The notes under the pieces were generated by a model. It ran no database searches, was not told where the DNA came from, and saw only the letters and a program-made list of their open reading frames with translations. Below are positions 24,201 through 38,080 of a DNA stretch of 64,000 nt, one piece after another. The translations under genes and the position numbers were made by a program. How positions within the stretch are numbered: position 1 is the first letter of the stretch; each line of letters begins with the position of its first letter. This DNA is from Botryllus schlosseri. Lineage: Eukaryota. The DNA is taken from the NCBI GenBank assembly GCA_051294905.1, contig CM119372.1, positions 9,612,001 to 9,676,000 on the forward strand. The letters run 5' to 3'.

Positions 24201-27200
24201 CGCATACGTATCAGCGCTATTGATGGACGTTTTGACAATTTGTATTTGTTAAGTACAATTGTAATTTACAATTGGTAAAGTATGCTTCACAGATTGAAAA
24301 GATGCTGTTCATGTAATGAATATACTGTAGTAAGTAAAAATGAAACTTAGATAATATATACTTTTGTGAAATAGACATCGTTTGAAGATATACTATAGTT
24401 GGGAGATATGACTACAAGTCAGGTGATAACCGATCGAAATAGAAATATATTTGACAAATTATAACGGACACCAATCAGCGTAGTAGGATATACCATGCGC
24501 AATGTAAACGTGGCATTTGTCTCCATCCCTACTATCACCATCCCCTACAATTCCGGTTGTTTTCATTATATACAACTTGGTTTCACTGGGATTACTGTGT
24601 GTATTGGGGCTACGTATCTCGCCGGCATCGTAATCCATGGTGTTTCTTTACAGATATTTGGAACGTGGTCTACATCGTGTGCGCGATAGTAGTGGTATTT
24701 GCCATCGTGTCCGTACTCTTTGTCGCCACGTATTGCTGGCGGAGTAATAAGAAATCGCGCGAGAAGCACCTTTTGGACAAAACTCGTCACGAGCAGCTGT
24801 CTTCGGATAGCTGCAGCTTGTTGGAAGGAGGATGGGACGAATCGGGAAAGCATAGCTGCTCAACATACAAGTATGGTTACCGTGATTGACACTGGGAAAC
24901 ACGGGGGTCACGTTCTCTGTGGCGGCTTTGATCGGAAAGTGGTCTTTATCAAACCCGCAGTCAAGTTTAGTTTATTGATAATTTTATAATTTTAAGACAC
25001 CACAATATTACGGTAAATAGACACTTGGACAGGTCGGAAGGAGTCGTAACGACTTGTAGTCGTTTTTCGAGCGGAAACTATCTGGGCCTAGAGAGCATGT
25101 AAACAAGACCAGGGGTGGCTAACCTTTTCGTCATTCACGGCCGCATTTCGACTACTGATGCGGTCGCATTCCAGGGCCTAGTCGTAGTGAACTAGATAGA
25201 CGCCAAATACACATGTTAAAGTGTATGTGGCAATTTCCTGTGAACTTGGGACTAAGCTATTTAATCATATAGGGCTACTATACGAACCCAAGTCGCGAGT
25301 GGTGACTGCGTGGTCACGCTACGGAACTGCCCAAGTGCCCATATAGTCGCGTCAAGCGCGATTATTTTTTCAGTTTCACTAATGAATTTCGTCATTAATA
25401 TTAGCAGTTTTATATATTATTGTCAAACATTTATCCTTTCTTAGGCCATGTGATCAGATTTACTGGTAAAGTTGATGGAGGGGGTGTTTTCTAAAATTTA
25501 GGGCAAGTTATAAATGATGATGCGTCTTCGGTGGGCCAACTGTTATTAGTCACTTTGTTGCATGCCGTTATTTCTTGACCTCCCATCAGGATTGTCCGTA
25601 CAGTGAGGAGCACCCTAGTGCTAGTTTGTATTTCAATATGGGGCGAATCTGTATTGTGGGCGCTGATTGGAAAGGGCGCTACTTTATATTAAAATCCGAA
25701 AACGAAGTCACGTTGAATCGCGCGCATCGCGAAGAAAATCTCAAAATCAGTTAAAATCTCTTGAGAAATAGGAAGTAAATTCGTTAATATAAATTGCATG
25801 TCGACGGCCGCCAACATTGAATTACGTGTCCACGGCCGCACAAATTTCGATCCACGGCCGCAGGTTGGCCACACATGAACAAGACTAACAGGCGCGCACT
25901 TGATTGCAAATGATGGTGCATATGTCGGTTGGTGACTTCGATATGCCAGATCGTGGCTCAGTAATCTCATGCGCGGACTAGTATTTATTCAGCAGAATCT
26001 GCTTGTATTTTGACTTCAATGTTGACATGACCGAAACACTGGTCCATCCGCCGTGCGTGTTATAGGCTTAGACCTTAGAGCAATGCGTTCTCTTGTTATT
26101 CGTAAAGAACATATATATCGCAGTTGGATGACGAGGACGCGCTTTACGGTGTTTATCCCTGTCTGTAACTTTGCGTACACGGAGCGCGCTTCGTGGTAGT
26201 TGGGAGTTATTTCAAGGAATTTTCATTTTCAAGTGTTTTGCTACTTCATCGAGTCCGTGCCGTTGCGGCTGATCTAGCTAGCTATCTTGCTAGCTGATCT
26301 AGTGAAATCTTTTTATCACCATTCGCGGCCATAGTCGTCTTTAATGAGATAAATAAGATTCGATGGCGGTAAAGGCTAATATATTACAGGGACATAATTT
26401 GAATATTTCTGCAGGTACTCGACAAGCCTAAGTTCCCAGTACAGCAGAGGGTCGAAAGGAAACGCGGTCAACCAGAACGACCAGCACTTGCCGATCGAAT
26501 TGGAGAAGATTATCGGTAAGACTAATCGTATATAGAGGTCGGTAAAATCGTTAATCGCCGACGAACCACAGGTTGTCAAAGTATTCGACGTTGGTACTGA
26601 AGTGGAGACAGAAATGACGTAAATTAGCGAATTTTACAAATATTGAACATTCTAGGCCTAATATTGTCTAAAAAAGTTAAGCAGTCTCAAAACCACTTGA
26701 ATGGGTTTTAAAGATAGCAAGATTTCCAAGTATTCTGGTCTATAGTATTGCCAAAATCGGACAACATAAGCGGTCTAAAATCAAAATCAAAACCAAAACC
26801 ACTTTAGCAAGAAAAAAATACTTTAGCAATATAGAAGTATTCCGTTACTGACCACCTCTGGGAGGAACCAATCTGACAAGACGTCTTGCGTAGTATTGCG
26901 GCTCCATCACGCATTCCAGACGCCCCGCGTAACGCAAAACATCCTTGTCGCGACAGCGCACTCAACCTATTTGAGACGCCTCAACATGCTACGAACACGA
27001 GCTGCCCGGCTGCGCGAACTACTCGTGTTCAGTCGCGCGTGTCGCGGTTAATGTCGGCTTTTGTGTTCTGCCGTTCACGGTTGATGGGCGAGCGAACTTG
27101 CGCGACCTCAACATTGGAAATCTCAGCGGGATCGCTGCGATTTCTGCCGCGTGCGTCGAATCGGTTGATAAGAAACGCGGGTTATATCATAGGAACAACC

Positions 27201-30200
27201 GAATAATTGAAATCCAGATTGCAGCGTATAACTGAAAGCGCAGCTGGTCAAAATAGTCAGCGTTGCTACTCTAGTAGAAGTAGAAGTAATGCCGCAAAGT
27301 ACTACTCAATTATTAGTATAAGTAGCGAATCGTCATCACATTATGAAAATTTATATTTCGGGACATGTCAAAATATTACAAGTGTAAGTATAGTAAATGG
27401 AAGGTCTAAATCTAAAAGCACTCGACTGTTAGTTAATCGCAGATGGCTACATTTGAAACTGCAAGGTATAGGTAGCTTCGGGACTAGCACAAAAAGAAAA
27501 GCACTCCGCAAGGGTACTCTTCGAACACATTTTCAGGTACCGTGATCCACACTCTTAGCTTGGGATGTTATATTTTGATATTCGAAAAAGAGAACACTTA
27601 TAAAAAATTCTAAAATCTCTAGCACCGGAAAAGAAAACTGGTGATTTTGAAAATTCTTCGACCAATAGTATACTATGGTAACTAAAAAAAGGTCAACTTT
27701 CCGACTCGACTCCTGAATTACCCGCTTTTACCCCATTTCAAAGGTGTTGATTAAAAATAAGGACATCTTCCACATCTCTGCTCCCAAGATATCCGTCGCG
27801 CCGTATTATTCGTCGGCTGTGTTTCCAACTCTGGCGTTCGCTGCATGGAGTCCAGTTTTTGAGCGCATTTTAACACCTTTTCTAGAAAAAGAGGACAAAT
27901 TCCCAAAAAAGAGGACATTTAGGCGTCCCCCGAGGACAATTTACCGAAAAAAGTGGACATACGGTACCGCTACTCTCAACGAAAAGAGAGTGCAGTATTT
28001 CCAGTTTCCACCCGTGCACCACATAAGATATACGGGTGTGAATATACACCCATGGCACACGAAACCTGAAACCTCCTCTGACTTATACCGCGGTATAAAT
28101 CGAGTACAACGGTTTAATCCAAATCCAAAGGACAACACAATTCTGACAAAAGGCATCACGCCGTAGTATTTATATGACAATAAATTACCATGAAGTCACC
28201 ATCACCATCCTCGATATCAAGTTATTTTCTCTTGGATCTCTCCGTTGGTATTTTGCTCTGCGCCCCGGCCAATCTCTAATTTCCAGACGCCCAAATTTTA
28301 TTAACGTGAGTCACGATGTTTGTTGTCGAAGGGATCGATAATTGCGATTTATAGCGACGTGCGGAACGCGATAATAGATTCGTTCGTCGAAGTCATCGAT
28401 CGATATTTTCAGGGCGCGGGAGATACGCGGACGTGTGGAAGGGCAAACTGCGGCAGGAAAAAGAAGCGTCGAAAGACATCTCGGTCAAAGTCTTCAAACT
28501 GCCTAACTACGGAGCGTGGAGACAGGAGAAGGAGATACTTTCGGAGAAGTAAAATAGCCAACATATTAAACTGGACCTATTATGGATGTGCAGTACACCG
28601 TAAATACATGGGTGGATAATAGTAGGTTCGAGTGTAAACCGGGCCATACATACTTTCTGGTGTATATGGGTAAAAACGCGTTGAATACATCAATCATTAT
28701 GGCGATATTTTGCAGGGGCGTATAATAGGTTCTTGTACGTTTACTACCGCGTTACGCCTTCTTGGGGTGGTACACGCAGAGCCTGCCCCGCCCATGCGAT
28801 ACATCTCTGTAAGAATGGGTGTATGCGACTCGTTTTCACTCATTGAAATGGGCGTGAAAACAACATTTCGTACCATCACAGCATCATTTGGTTCCTACTC
28901 TGGTGAAAATCGTTCAAATTAGGCATTTCGTTTACAGTGTGTCGCGCTGAAAATGTAGTGTGATCACGTGATTCGCAGCGACTCCCAAACAAACATTGGT
29001 TTCCATCTCTTATTAGATCTCGATTCATTATGCCGATCGATCAAATCCTATCATGCAGCACAGCAATGGTTGTCGCTTGCGATTTGTTACCCATTGAACA
29101 CACGACGTATGTCGCCACGAGTGTTGAGATTTCAATTTAACCACCCGATCGCCTTGTAGAGCGCTACCTAATGATTTAGGATAACATTAATATTCGGAAC
29201 GAATTTCTCAATCCAGACAATGTGGCGATTCAAGCAAAAGAAGTGGAAGAAATGTTGTGTGAGGTTTCACTTGAAATTTTGACAATGCGTGAACATGCAG
29301 ATGCAGATGCATAAGGGCATTCTGGAATAGTTAGTACGGTATTTAGACCATAGAACTCCAGTAAACCTGAACTATTTGCGATGATCGCCAGAGACTGAGT
29401 AAATCGGGCTTCTGTGCACCACACCAGAGACTGTGAGTCATTTATAATGCGTAGATGGATGAAACACGAGAACCTGATCGAATACTACGCGTCGGAGCAG
29501 CATTCGAAGCGCGGACTCCAGTATTGGCTCATAACCGACTACTACGGCAGAGGAAATTTGCAAGACTTTCTCAAGAACAGCACCTTGAAATGGAACGAGT
29601 TCTGCGACATGGCGGCGTCGATAGCGAACGGTAAGTGAGAAATAACTCTGTCACTTGGAACAGGATGCCTGCTGCACATCGCATACCTTCCTCCCGTGTG
29701 TGTCATTCGGACACTCCCTTCGAGATATTTTAGTTTACGGGGTATGACCCTGCGTTCCGCACCTCTCATTCGTCATGTACATGATCTCAGACTGGTATAC
29801 TGTAAATCCAAATGATGCGGTGTCATATAAGGTGGCTAAAGTTGTCCACCATATATGATGTAACGCTAATGCTCCCTCGGAACTGTTGGAAATATTTTCC
29901 ACCCTGACCTTGAAACAATGTGACCAAGATATGGCCCAAAAACAGGAAGATTTTACGAAAACTTGATTTACTATCAATTTGAAAAATAGATCTCAAAATT
30001 CGAACAAGATGGATATAAGCTACTTTATTATGAAGGTTATCTCAAATTGGGGTTTACCCACCATGTATATAGTGTATACCATGTTTAATTGCATAAATAG
30101 TTTGTTCTGATATTCCGATCTAATCCTCAAAACACAAGCTTATACGTTATGTTATACGTGTTCCCCTTGGCAGGTTTGACGTATTTGCACAGCGAGCAAG

Positions 30201-33200
30201 ACGACGAGGGCCGCCAAAAACTGCCTGTGGCCCATAGAGACATCAAAAGTTGCAATATACTGGTGAAGAACGACGGGGTCAGTTGTGTGCTGGCGGACTT
30301 CGGACTGTCGCTCAAGCTCGATCCAACGTTAACCCAGGAAGAGCTCGCGAACGCAGGTTTGCTTCTATATGGCGGTTGATTCATAATCTAAGGCTAAATC
30401 ATCTATGTATTGTATATTGTAGAACTATAGTGTATATATATTGAATTCATACAATGTACTTGTACATGAATACAGTAGAGAGGCGGTCAGTACAAAAGTA
30501 CTTCTACCGTAGGCTTTGGCTACTTTCATCTATTACTCAAGTGTTATGCTTCTAGAATACTTCCGCTTCCATTCGAAGTTTTTTAGTCAAAAACTAGTTA
30601 CTTTTCACAATTTGCATTTTGAAAAGTAGCAACTAGTTTCGGCATAATTTTGCGTCACTTCCTACGGGTGAGGTTGTCATAGCAACCGTTGGAAATAGCT
30701 ACTGTATCGCGGTTGCTAAATATGTGTTTGAAGATTACAGCTGTTTGTAGTGCCATTACTCATTTGTCGTTTTGCGCTATAGCCACAAAGTTACATGTTG
30801 AAATTACGAAAGTAACCACCTCCGACTAACTGCAAAAAGCATTACCTTTTATTTTTCAGTATCCACTTTATGAAATTTAGACGTATCTTGGAAATCATTA
30901 TTTCTACGTGTGCCTGAGTTGTAAGTTACGGGGTTACTGCTCCTTTTATTTGAGTAAAAACGGTAACTACCTTCACCATCTGTGATAAACTAAGAGAAGC
31001 TATCGCGTTACCATTATATCTCATCCGTTTGGAAGCTATTTGTCAATTTAAAAACAGACAGCATATCATATAGTGCAGTGTTCGACAATATGAATTACTT
31101 CCCGTGCGCTGGGCAGGTCTAGACTTGAGGCGCCAAAAATACTTTCCCGCGCGCCAAGTTGAGGCTTTGCAACACTTGATTGTTACTTACTTTTACCGCG
31201 CTAAGGACAAGTCGGTACATCGCGATACATGGCACCGGAACTGCTGGAACGATTGGTCAACCTCGCCGATATTGAGATGTTCAAACGCGTCGACATGTAC
31301 GCGTTCGCGCTGGTCATGTGGGAACTAGCGACTCGCTGTGAAGTATTTCCAGGTAAGACATGAAAACGGTATTGTGTTACTCAGAGTTTATCATGATCAG
31401 TGACGAAGTACTTCCACTTTTGCCAGGCTTTTAGGAAAGACTATACTTTCCTTTTCGACTTTAGAATTTGAAATTTTGAAAGTAGTTTCGACTTTTTGGT
31501 ATCTTTACACCACCGTCATGAGTGAATTCGTAATATTACCTAAACCTGTACAAAATGGCAAGTATTTTTCTTTTTCAGCGAAGATGCAACCTGCAAAAGT
31601 AGTCAATTCTGATAAGCTGCTAATAGCAGGGTTGTAACCAAGTGACAAGGTTCCGAATCGCAAGTCAATCTCGCTTTTATAGTTTTGACTCGGGTCAAGT
31701 CGAGTCATTTTCAATTTACCACCGAGTCAAGTCCGAGTTCAAGTCAGCAAGTAGAGGGCGGGGTCCTAGTGCTGTGACTCGAGTCCAAGTCATTGCGGTC
31801 GCTGTTCAGTTTTCAGTTCAATGCGGTTCAACTCACGTTTTTTAACTCTGCTCGAGTGATATAGAATGGTTCGAATTCATAATATAGTCATTTTCGTCAG
31901 TCTTAACACTTTCTTGCCCTATTTTCCAAGTAGCAGGACTGATGGACGAAATACCAATAATGCGGTAACTTCACTATTCTTCGGATGATACAATGAAATG
32001 TCTGTCTTGGCCGCCCTAGTCTCGAGTCATGCACATTGTGCATTGCACAGTGACTCGGGCACAAGTCGAGTCAATACAAAAATTGACTCGAGTCAATACA
32101 AAATTTGACAGGTTTACACCTTATCACTGAGGTAAATCATTTCCACCTTGTATAAAGGGTGGTGGATAGTGGGAAAAAACACGATTTAGATAGACGGGTG
32201 CGGTTAAATTATATCGGTACAGTTTTCTGACCCTTCTCGCGTATTTACGTAGGTATCGTGCAACCGTATCAGCCGCCGTATGGCGATCGCATCCCGGATC
32301 ACCCTACGAAGGAACAGATACTGCTTCACGTGTGCCGATCAAAACAACGACCTACCATCCGCCGAGAATGGGAAAAACACATGGTGAGTTACGTGTCTGT
32401 TTCGTATCGCGCCAAATATCACTGTGTGCCCACGGCATCGATGATGTAGTATGTAGAGCTACGTACACATCAGCGCTTGTGAATCTGAAACTGCCACGGT
32501 CGTCTACTTGGTGTGAATTACGGTATCTCCCCCTATGAGCTGAGTCCTCGCATTCCCCTAATCTAAGATAGCACTCATGGTTTGATTGGAGATACACACT
32601 GCGTTGATGCGCGTTTTCCAGGGTATTTCTGTACTGCTTCACCGCCTGACCGCGCATACGAATGTAACGCTAGAATCACGGGATAGCGTACATGATATTT
32701 TGTTTTTCGGATCACGCGCCGATGAAAATACCTGTAACGAATACTGGCACTCGCATAAGTGACGGTGATGGTATTCGAAGGGCGCTTGAATATGAATAAC
32801 CTAAATTTAGGACGAGATTCGGTATTTTTCCACTCCCCGTCGGGAACAATGTTATTATTGATGTGCTTCGCCTCAAATTGTTGATCGGCTATTTTGGCTC
32901 TGCGAATCCGAATCCGAAAGGACGATAGTCTAGTTTCCGAATCCAAAATTTCTCCATCTCGAGATACGAAAGTATATTTTCAGCTTGTGGAAAGTGCGTG
33001 CAGGTTCAAACTCATGTGTGCCGCGAAGGCATTGCTCGCTGCCAATGTCTCAGGTGGAGGCGGTAAAACCACAATTTATAACACCTAAAGATATATTTAC
33101 CTCTTTACCATATTGCGAAACAGAATCTGAAAATATCCGAAGTTGAAGTTGGTTATGTGAAGTTGAAGCGTGGAATATCCGATCCGATCTAAAGTATTTC

Positions 33201-34729
33201 CAAGACACTTATGCAGACACATACAAAACAAGTACAGACGTTCGTAATATGTTGATAGCGTTGTGACGTCAACGATTCAGTAGCAAGCATAACAATACCA
33301 GTAACGCAGAATTAACTATGCCCGTTTCGAAATAAACACGCCGATATGGGCTATGTAAGTACATCGATCAACGAAATCGAAATCCATCGCTTGACCCGAG
33401 ATACCTGTTCAGTGAGACACTGTTCATCATGCACTGGCTTCGAACTTGGTATTGTTGATCGCGTATTCGTTAGCGTCTACCTAAAGTCAACATAGCGTGT
33501 GATGCGTGTAGTTTAATTCACGTTGCGTGCAGAGGAATGCGGTGAATCCCATTTCTGAGGATAAAATAACGTTACCGCGTACTTCTCTGTCAAATACGGA
33601 CCCACTGAAACTATTGTCTTAAACCGCAATACTGTATTTTATTATATGCTATAACGAAGGAGAATAAGCCAGTCACCGAACTGCTTTTCCTATTGAAATG
33701 TAGGTCGAAGTTGAACGTTCTTCCAAGCTAAGATATAATTTCGAAAACATCGAGCAATACGGCTTGTTTGTTGATTCGCACACGGGCGCCATGAGTCACT
33801 GTGTATTAATGTTTTATAGTGGGGGAGATAAATTTCGTAATTACGAAAAACTCCGTGGTCCATCGGCGAAAATGACGTATCAGGCGTACCATCGCAGACT
33901 ATGCCATTTGAATGTAATCGCTCCTGAATACTATTTATATTAGTGATTTGTATTTACAAAGGTGGCCTTCTATCTATTTGGAGAGTCTTACAATATTGTA
34001 CTCATGGGCGTAGCCCTGACAAATTTCGGAGGGCGACAGAATTTCTTCTTTTTATTTGTGAGGAAAGGCCGGAATTTTTAACAACGACGCGATGTCACAA
34101 ATCCACTCTGACGTGGTGAGTAAAGATGACGTCACAACGAATAAATCTCGACCTATTTGCCGTAATCGGGACGAAAATTAAGAGTGGCAGCAGACGAGCA
34201 GATGAATCGTATTTTTTATTCTATATTTTTCAACAGCTGTGTTTCGTCACAACCCTTTGTGACCAGAGGTGAAAGTAGTCAGCGTTGCAACTGAAATAGA
34301 AACCGAGGCGACGCCTAAAATGTTCACTCAAATACGAATAGAAGTAGTAGTTTCAAAGACATATCAATACTACTTCACGGAGAAGTAGAAAATGTAGGGT
34401 GGGTGCAAAGGTGGCTTTTGCCCCCTCCGCTACGCCGGTGCTTGCATTTGAGTCGTTATCTCTACCCGACCGAATTCGCGTAACATATCATCACGCAGGG
34501 CCTGTCGAAATACGTCGCCACGATGATCAAATGCTGGGACCGGGAGCCGGAGGCGCGATTAACGGCGAGCTGCGTCTACCAGCGAATCGCGAAGATACGA
34601 AACGATGACGCGCTCACGGAGCTGCCGCTGTCGCCCGCGAAAGAGGAGGAGGCCTTCGAAAAGGAGCATCTCGTAGTCGTACGTAACGACATCGCGCAAC
34701 TCACGGAACTGATATCGACTGTGGTGTGA
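21286..34729 (+). CDS. TGFBR2: TGF-beta receptor type II serine/threonine kinase, 579 aa; coding exons 21286-21501, 23908-24109, 24654-24870, 26415-26515, 28413-28548, 29455-29630, 30174-30356, 31206-31352, 32253-32383, 34499-34729
   Basis: All introns are GT-AG with matching phases (1740 nt total). Signal peptide; 12-Cys ectodomain ending [12 protein letters not shown]; one TM; no GS box. [57 protein letters not shown] and [15 protein letters not shown] match TGFBR2 signatures; short C-tail. Confidence 0.94.
21658..22649. mobile_element. Non-autonomous Buster/SPIN-type hAT element in the first TGFBR2 coding-region intron
   Basis: TIR CAGTGGTTCTTAACCT / AGGTTAAGAACCACTG; TSD CTATAGGC/CTATAGAC (7/8) with central TA; GCGCCCC subterminal motifs. 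Confidence 0.88.
25110..25877. mobile_element. hAT MITE in TGFBR2 intron 3
   Basis: Imperfect TIR CAGGGGTGGCTAACCT / AGGTTGGCCACACATG; perfect TSD AACAAGAC (25102-25109, 25878-25885); CGGCCGC subterminal motifs. Confidence 0.88.
31627..32100 (+). mobile_element. GACTCGAGTC-repeat MITE fragment in TGFBR2 intron 8
   Basis: Starts CAGGGTTGTAACCAAG; collinear with the reverse complement of 11590-12127. Confidence 0.75.
34003..34440. mobile_element. Degenerate MITE (GGCGTAGC...GCTACGCC termini) in TGFBR2 intron 9
   Basis: CATGGGCGTAGC / GCTACGCCGGTG inverted termini; TSD only 5/8; a similar terminus occurs at ~6044. Confidence 0.5.
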
Positions 34730-36706
34730 TGACGGTTCGCGATTGCGAGAAGTGACTTGCCGGAAATGGCCACAGGGCGCGCCTGTGGGACGGATTAGAG
34801 CCGAGCTTGCCTCCGATTTCGTTTCTCGCGGCGCATGACGACTTGGTGACTCGAACTGCGGCTCGACAAAACGGGCATGAGGGGAAGGCAGGATTCGGCA
34901 CAGCGATTCGTGTAGTGTGGGGCGATCATCTATTTTTTTGTCGTCACAAGAGGAATGATGCCAGTTACAGGTCGTCCGAAATATTTCCGTATTTTTAGAC
35001 CGTGAACATTAGTGGCCGTGTGCGACATGTTTATAAATGTTGACATGAGGGCATGAAAAGTAGGTGTATGAAGCATATTTTTCGTTGATAAAATATTTCT
35101 CTTGTCGCGAAGACTTATATTCACGTCTTTTAGGAGGATTTGTCCTCTTTTTTTTCGATAAAAGTAGAATGTTCCCAGGTGATGACCAAACGACCTCTTT
35201 CTCGCATGCCGTCCTCTTTGTTTTGCTTTGAGGTTTAGTTGGTTAGTCAGCGAAGACTAAAAAGGTCAACACATCTGCATAATCTGAACTAATTCCCCGT
35301 TTTCATGTCTGTTATTGAAACTTGAAAAAGTGTCCTCTTTTTGGGGATATGAAAATATGGTAACCTTAGTATCATTACAATCGACCCCAGTTTCTTCCTA
35401 CACATTATCGTATGAGCGAGCCAATTCATTCCTCGAATCTGATGACAAATGATAGGAATAAGCCGGTTTCATGGCGCTTGTAATCCGCTAAGTATAGTAC
35501 GTTGGCTATCTAAGTGACATCGATGAACGTAAGTCGTATAGTTGTCACTTTCAACGACATACGCGTAGCTGATATGAAACGCGCGGATATTGTAACAATG
35601 GCGTATCCTCGTTCGTATATTGTGACAGTAAAACATGTGTGTAGTGGTTCAAACGAGCCCCCTCTCCGCGCCAGTGCTTCTGTATGTTGGAGCATGGATC
35701 TTCCCAGTCCCCATCCTTGGTAGTATCCATTTTAGGGTCATGATCCTCATATGTGTTTGCTGAAGCACGTAATTGCGTCGATCCGCAACGGAATATGCCT
35801 AAGCATCGTCAGTTACAGAATTATCTTTTGCACTTGCCAGTTGCTTTTATATATTTCATTTTCTACTTCAATAAATGCGATTTTGAATATGCTTTTGGTC
35901 GGCGTCTTGCTCCGTTTAGTGTGACATGTATATCCGGTAGGGGGCGCTAGCGATTCGATCGACGGGATCTTCGAAACTGCCGGGGCAAAAGAGTCGTATC
36001 GCGACATCGGCATAAATGATGTGTACCTTTTATGCGACCACAGAGAATATAATGCCAGTTCGAAATCTCATTAACGATTGTTTAGTGATTTTTCGACCGT
36101 ACCTATTTCATCGCACTTTGTGGCAATGCTGTGGGCAGATAACGACTTCGCAGATGTGTCATTCCAATTAAGGTGCAGAGATTCGTACTTCCTGTTGCGG
36201 ATACGATCAATCGAGATCGAGGTGGCCCGTGAAAGCTACCGGTAGCAAGCAAAACGAATTTCAGTCGCCCAAATTGTTGTTTGTAGTGTTTGTCGACTAC
36301 TATGGTCATTTACACCGGGCCAATTTTCTTCATTTATATTCCGTAGCTGCCGATTTGTAGCACGGCCCACTTCCAGGCTTTTATATGGCACCGCTTACAC
36401 GGATGAGATTGCGAGGAAGAGCCTGGATAAACGTACAACACATAGGTAGGGATTTTGGAGTCGACGTCGGTCGGAATCGAACCCACCGCCCGATTGCAAG
36501 CAGCTGAACTGTAAGTAACAGCGCCGTATGAGAGAGATGCCCCCACAGGGCTACACGAAAAAAGTGTGTATTCACAGCTCACACTCAAAAAGCGATACAC
36601 CAAAGCAGAACCTAAATAAGAATTATATCGTACCTACATACGTGCATACCATCCTACGTCCTTATACAAGCATCATTTGCATTAAAATGTTGAGTTTGAT
36701 TTATAT

Positions 36707-38080
36707 CAGGTACGGGCGACATACGGCCCGCGGGGATTTTGAGCGGCCCGCAAAGAGTTTCTGTCCTGAAAGTGAAATTCTAATCTGAATGGATTGACAA
36801 ATTTTATGCGTCACAGAATGAATCAAGTTTGCCAACCTAAGAAATATGGTCATGGTCATGAAACTACTTGATCTGTTCGGGTCTACTCTACAATCTACAT
36901 ACATTTTTGGCCATGAACATTAACGAGACAAGGCCGCGTTCCAATATAACTGGTGTTCACGTGCAGTAGGGCTGTTCAAAAATAACTTTTTTGTCGGATT
37001 CCAGCCATTCACTGATTAAATTGTCAGGTCACCCTGAAAAACGCTGCACACCAAATTTGGTCCAATTCTAACAAGTATAAGCCGCCACAGAGCCAATTAA
37101 AATTTCTAATTTATAAGGAAAAATTATTTTAAAAAATTCAAATTTTTCTGCCAATCCCATGAAACTGTTGAGTTGTCTCCTAAGACGATGCAAAACAAAT
37201 TTGACTCAATTCCAACTAGTAGAAGCGGAGTTATCTGAGTTTTTCGTTGATAATTCTCGGATTATCCAACAATCAAATTTGTTTTGTATCGTCTTAGAAG
37301 ACAATTAACTCAACAATTTCATTGGGTTGACAGAAAAATTTGAATTTTTTTTTTAATTTTCCCTAATAAATTGAAAATTTTAATTGGCTCTGCGGCGGAT
37401 TATACTTGTTATAATAGAACCAAATTGGGTGTGCAGCGTTTTCTAGGGTTACCTGACAATTCAATCAGTGAATCACTGGAATCCAGAAAAAAGTTAGTTT
37501 TGAACAGCCCTAACGTGCAACCGTTACCAAGGGCTTCTACACATGGCATGCAGCCGGAGTTAAAAGAACTCGTTGGCAACTTCGAGCGACCACAGATGTC
37601 TGGTTGTCTTCAACTGCTATTAGTGATCAATTCATTAAAAACTGTATTTGGTCGCTAAGTTTTAAACTTAAAGTTTCAGTTCGGGTGTACATACATTTTC
37701 GACCATGGACATTAGCAAGACGAAGCAGCGTTCCAATATAACTGATGTTCTGTGAGCATTGTTCACGTGCAGTCGTGCAGTGCGGGGTTTCAATGTCCGA
37801 CATGCAGCCAGAGTTCAAAGAACTTATTGGCAACGGTGATCGACCACAGAGGTCTCATTGGCTTCAACAGCTATTGAAGTAGCCTACATTACTTTAATAC
37901 AATACAATACAAATACTGTTTTGGTCTCTATGCTTTAGTCTTAAACTTTACATTAAATACGATTTATTCCTTATATGGGTGGACAAATACGCGATTATTG
38001 TAAATATTCTGTAGTCTGGCCCGCCAAGTACTTCATTATCCCATATCCGGCCCGGCGACCGGAGAAGTTCCCTGCCCCTA
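36707..38080. mobile_element. CAGGGGCGGGCAAC-family MITE with an internal duplication and a nested fold-back element
   Basis: Collinear with 9860-10449; TSD ATTTATAT/ATTTACAG (6/8); the internal segment CATGCAGCC.GAGTT.AAAGAACT occurs twice (~37548, ~37801). Confidence 0.75.
36967..37512. mobile_element. Fold-back (almost wholly palindromic) hAT MITE
   Basis: TIR TAGGGCTGTTCAAAA; arms of ~270 bp are inverted copies; TSD ACGTGCAG/ACGTGCAA (7/8). Confidence 0.9.
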
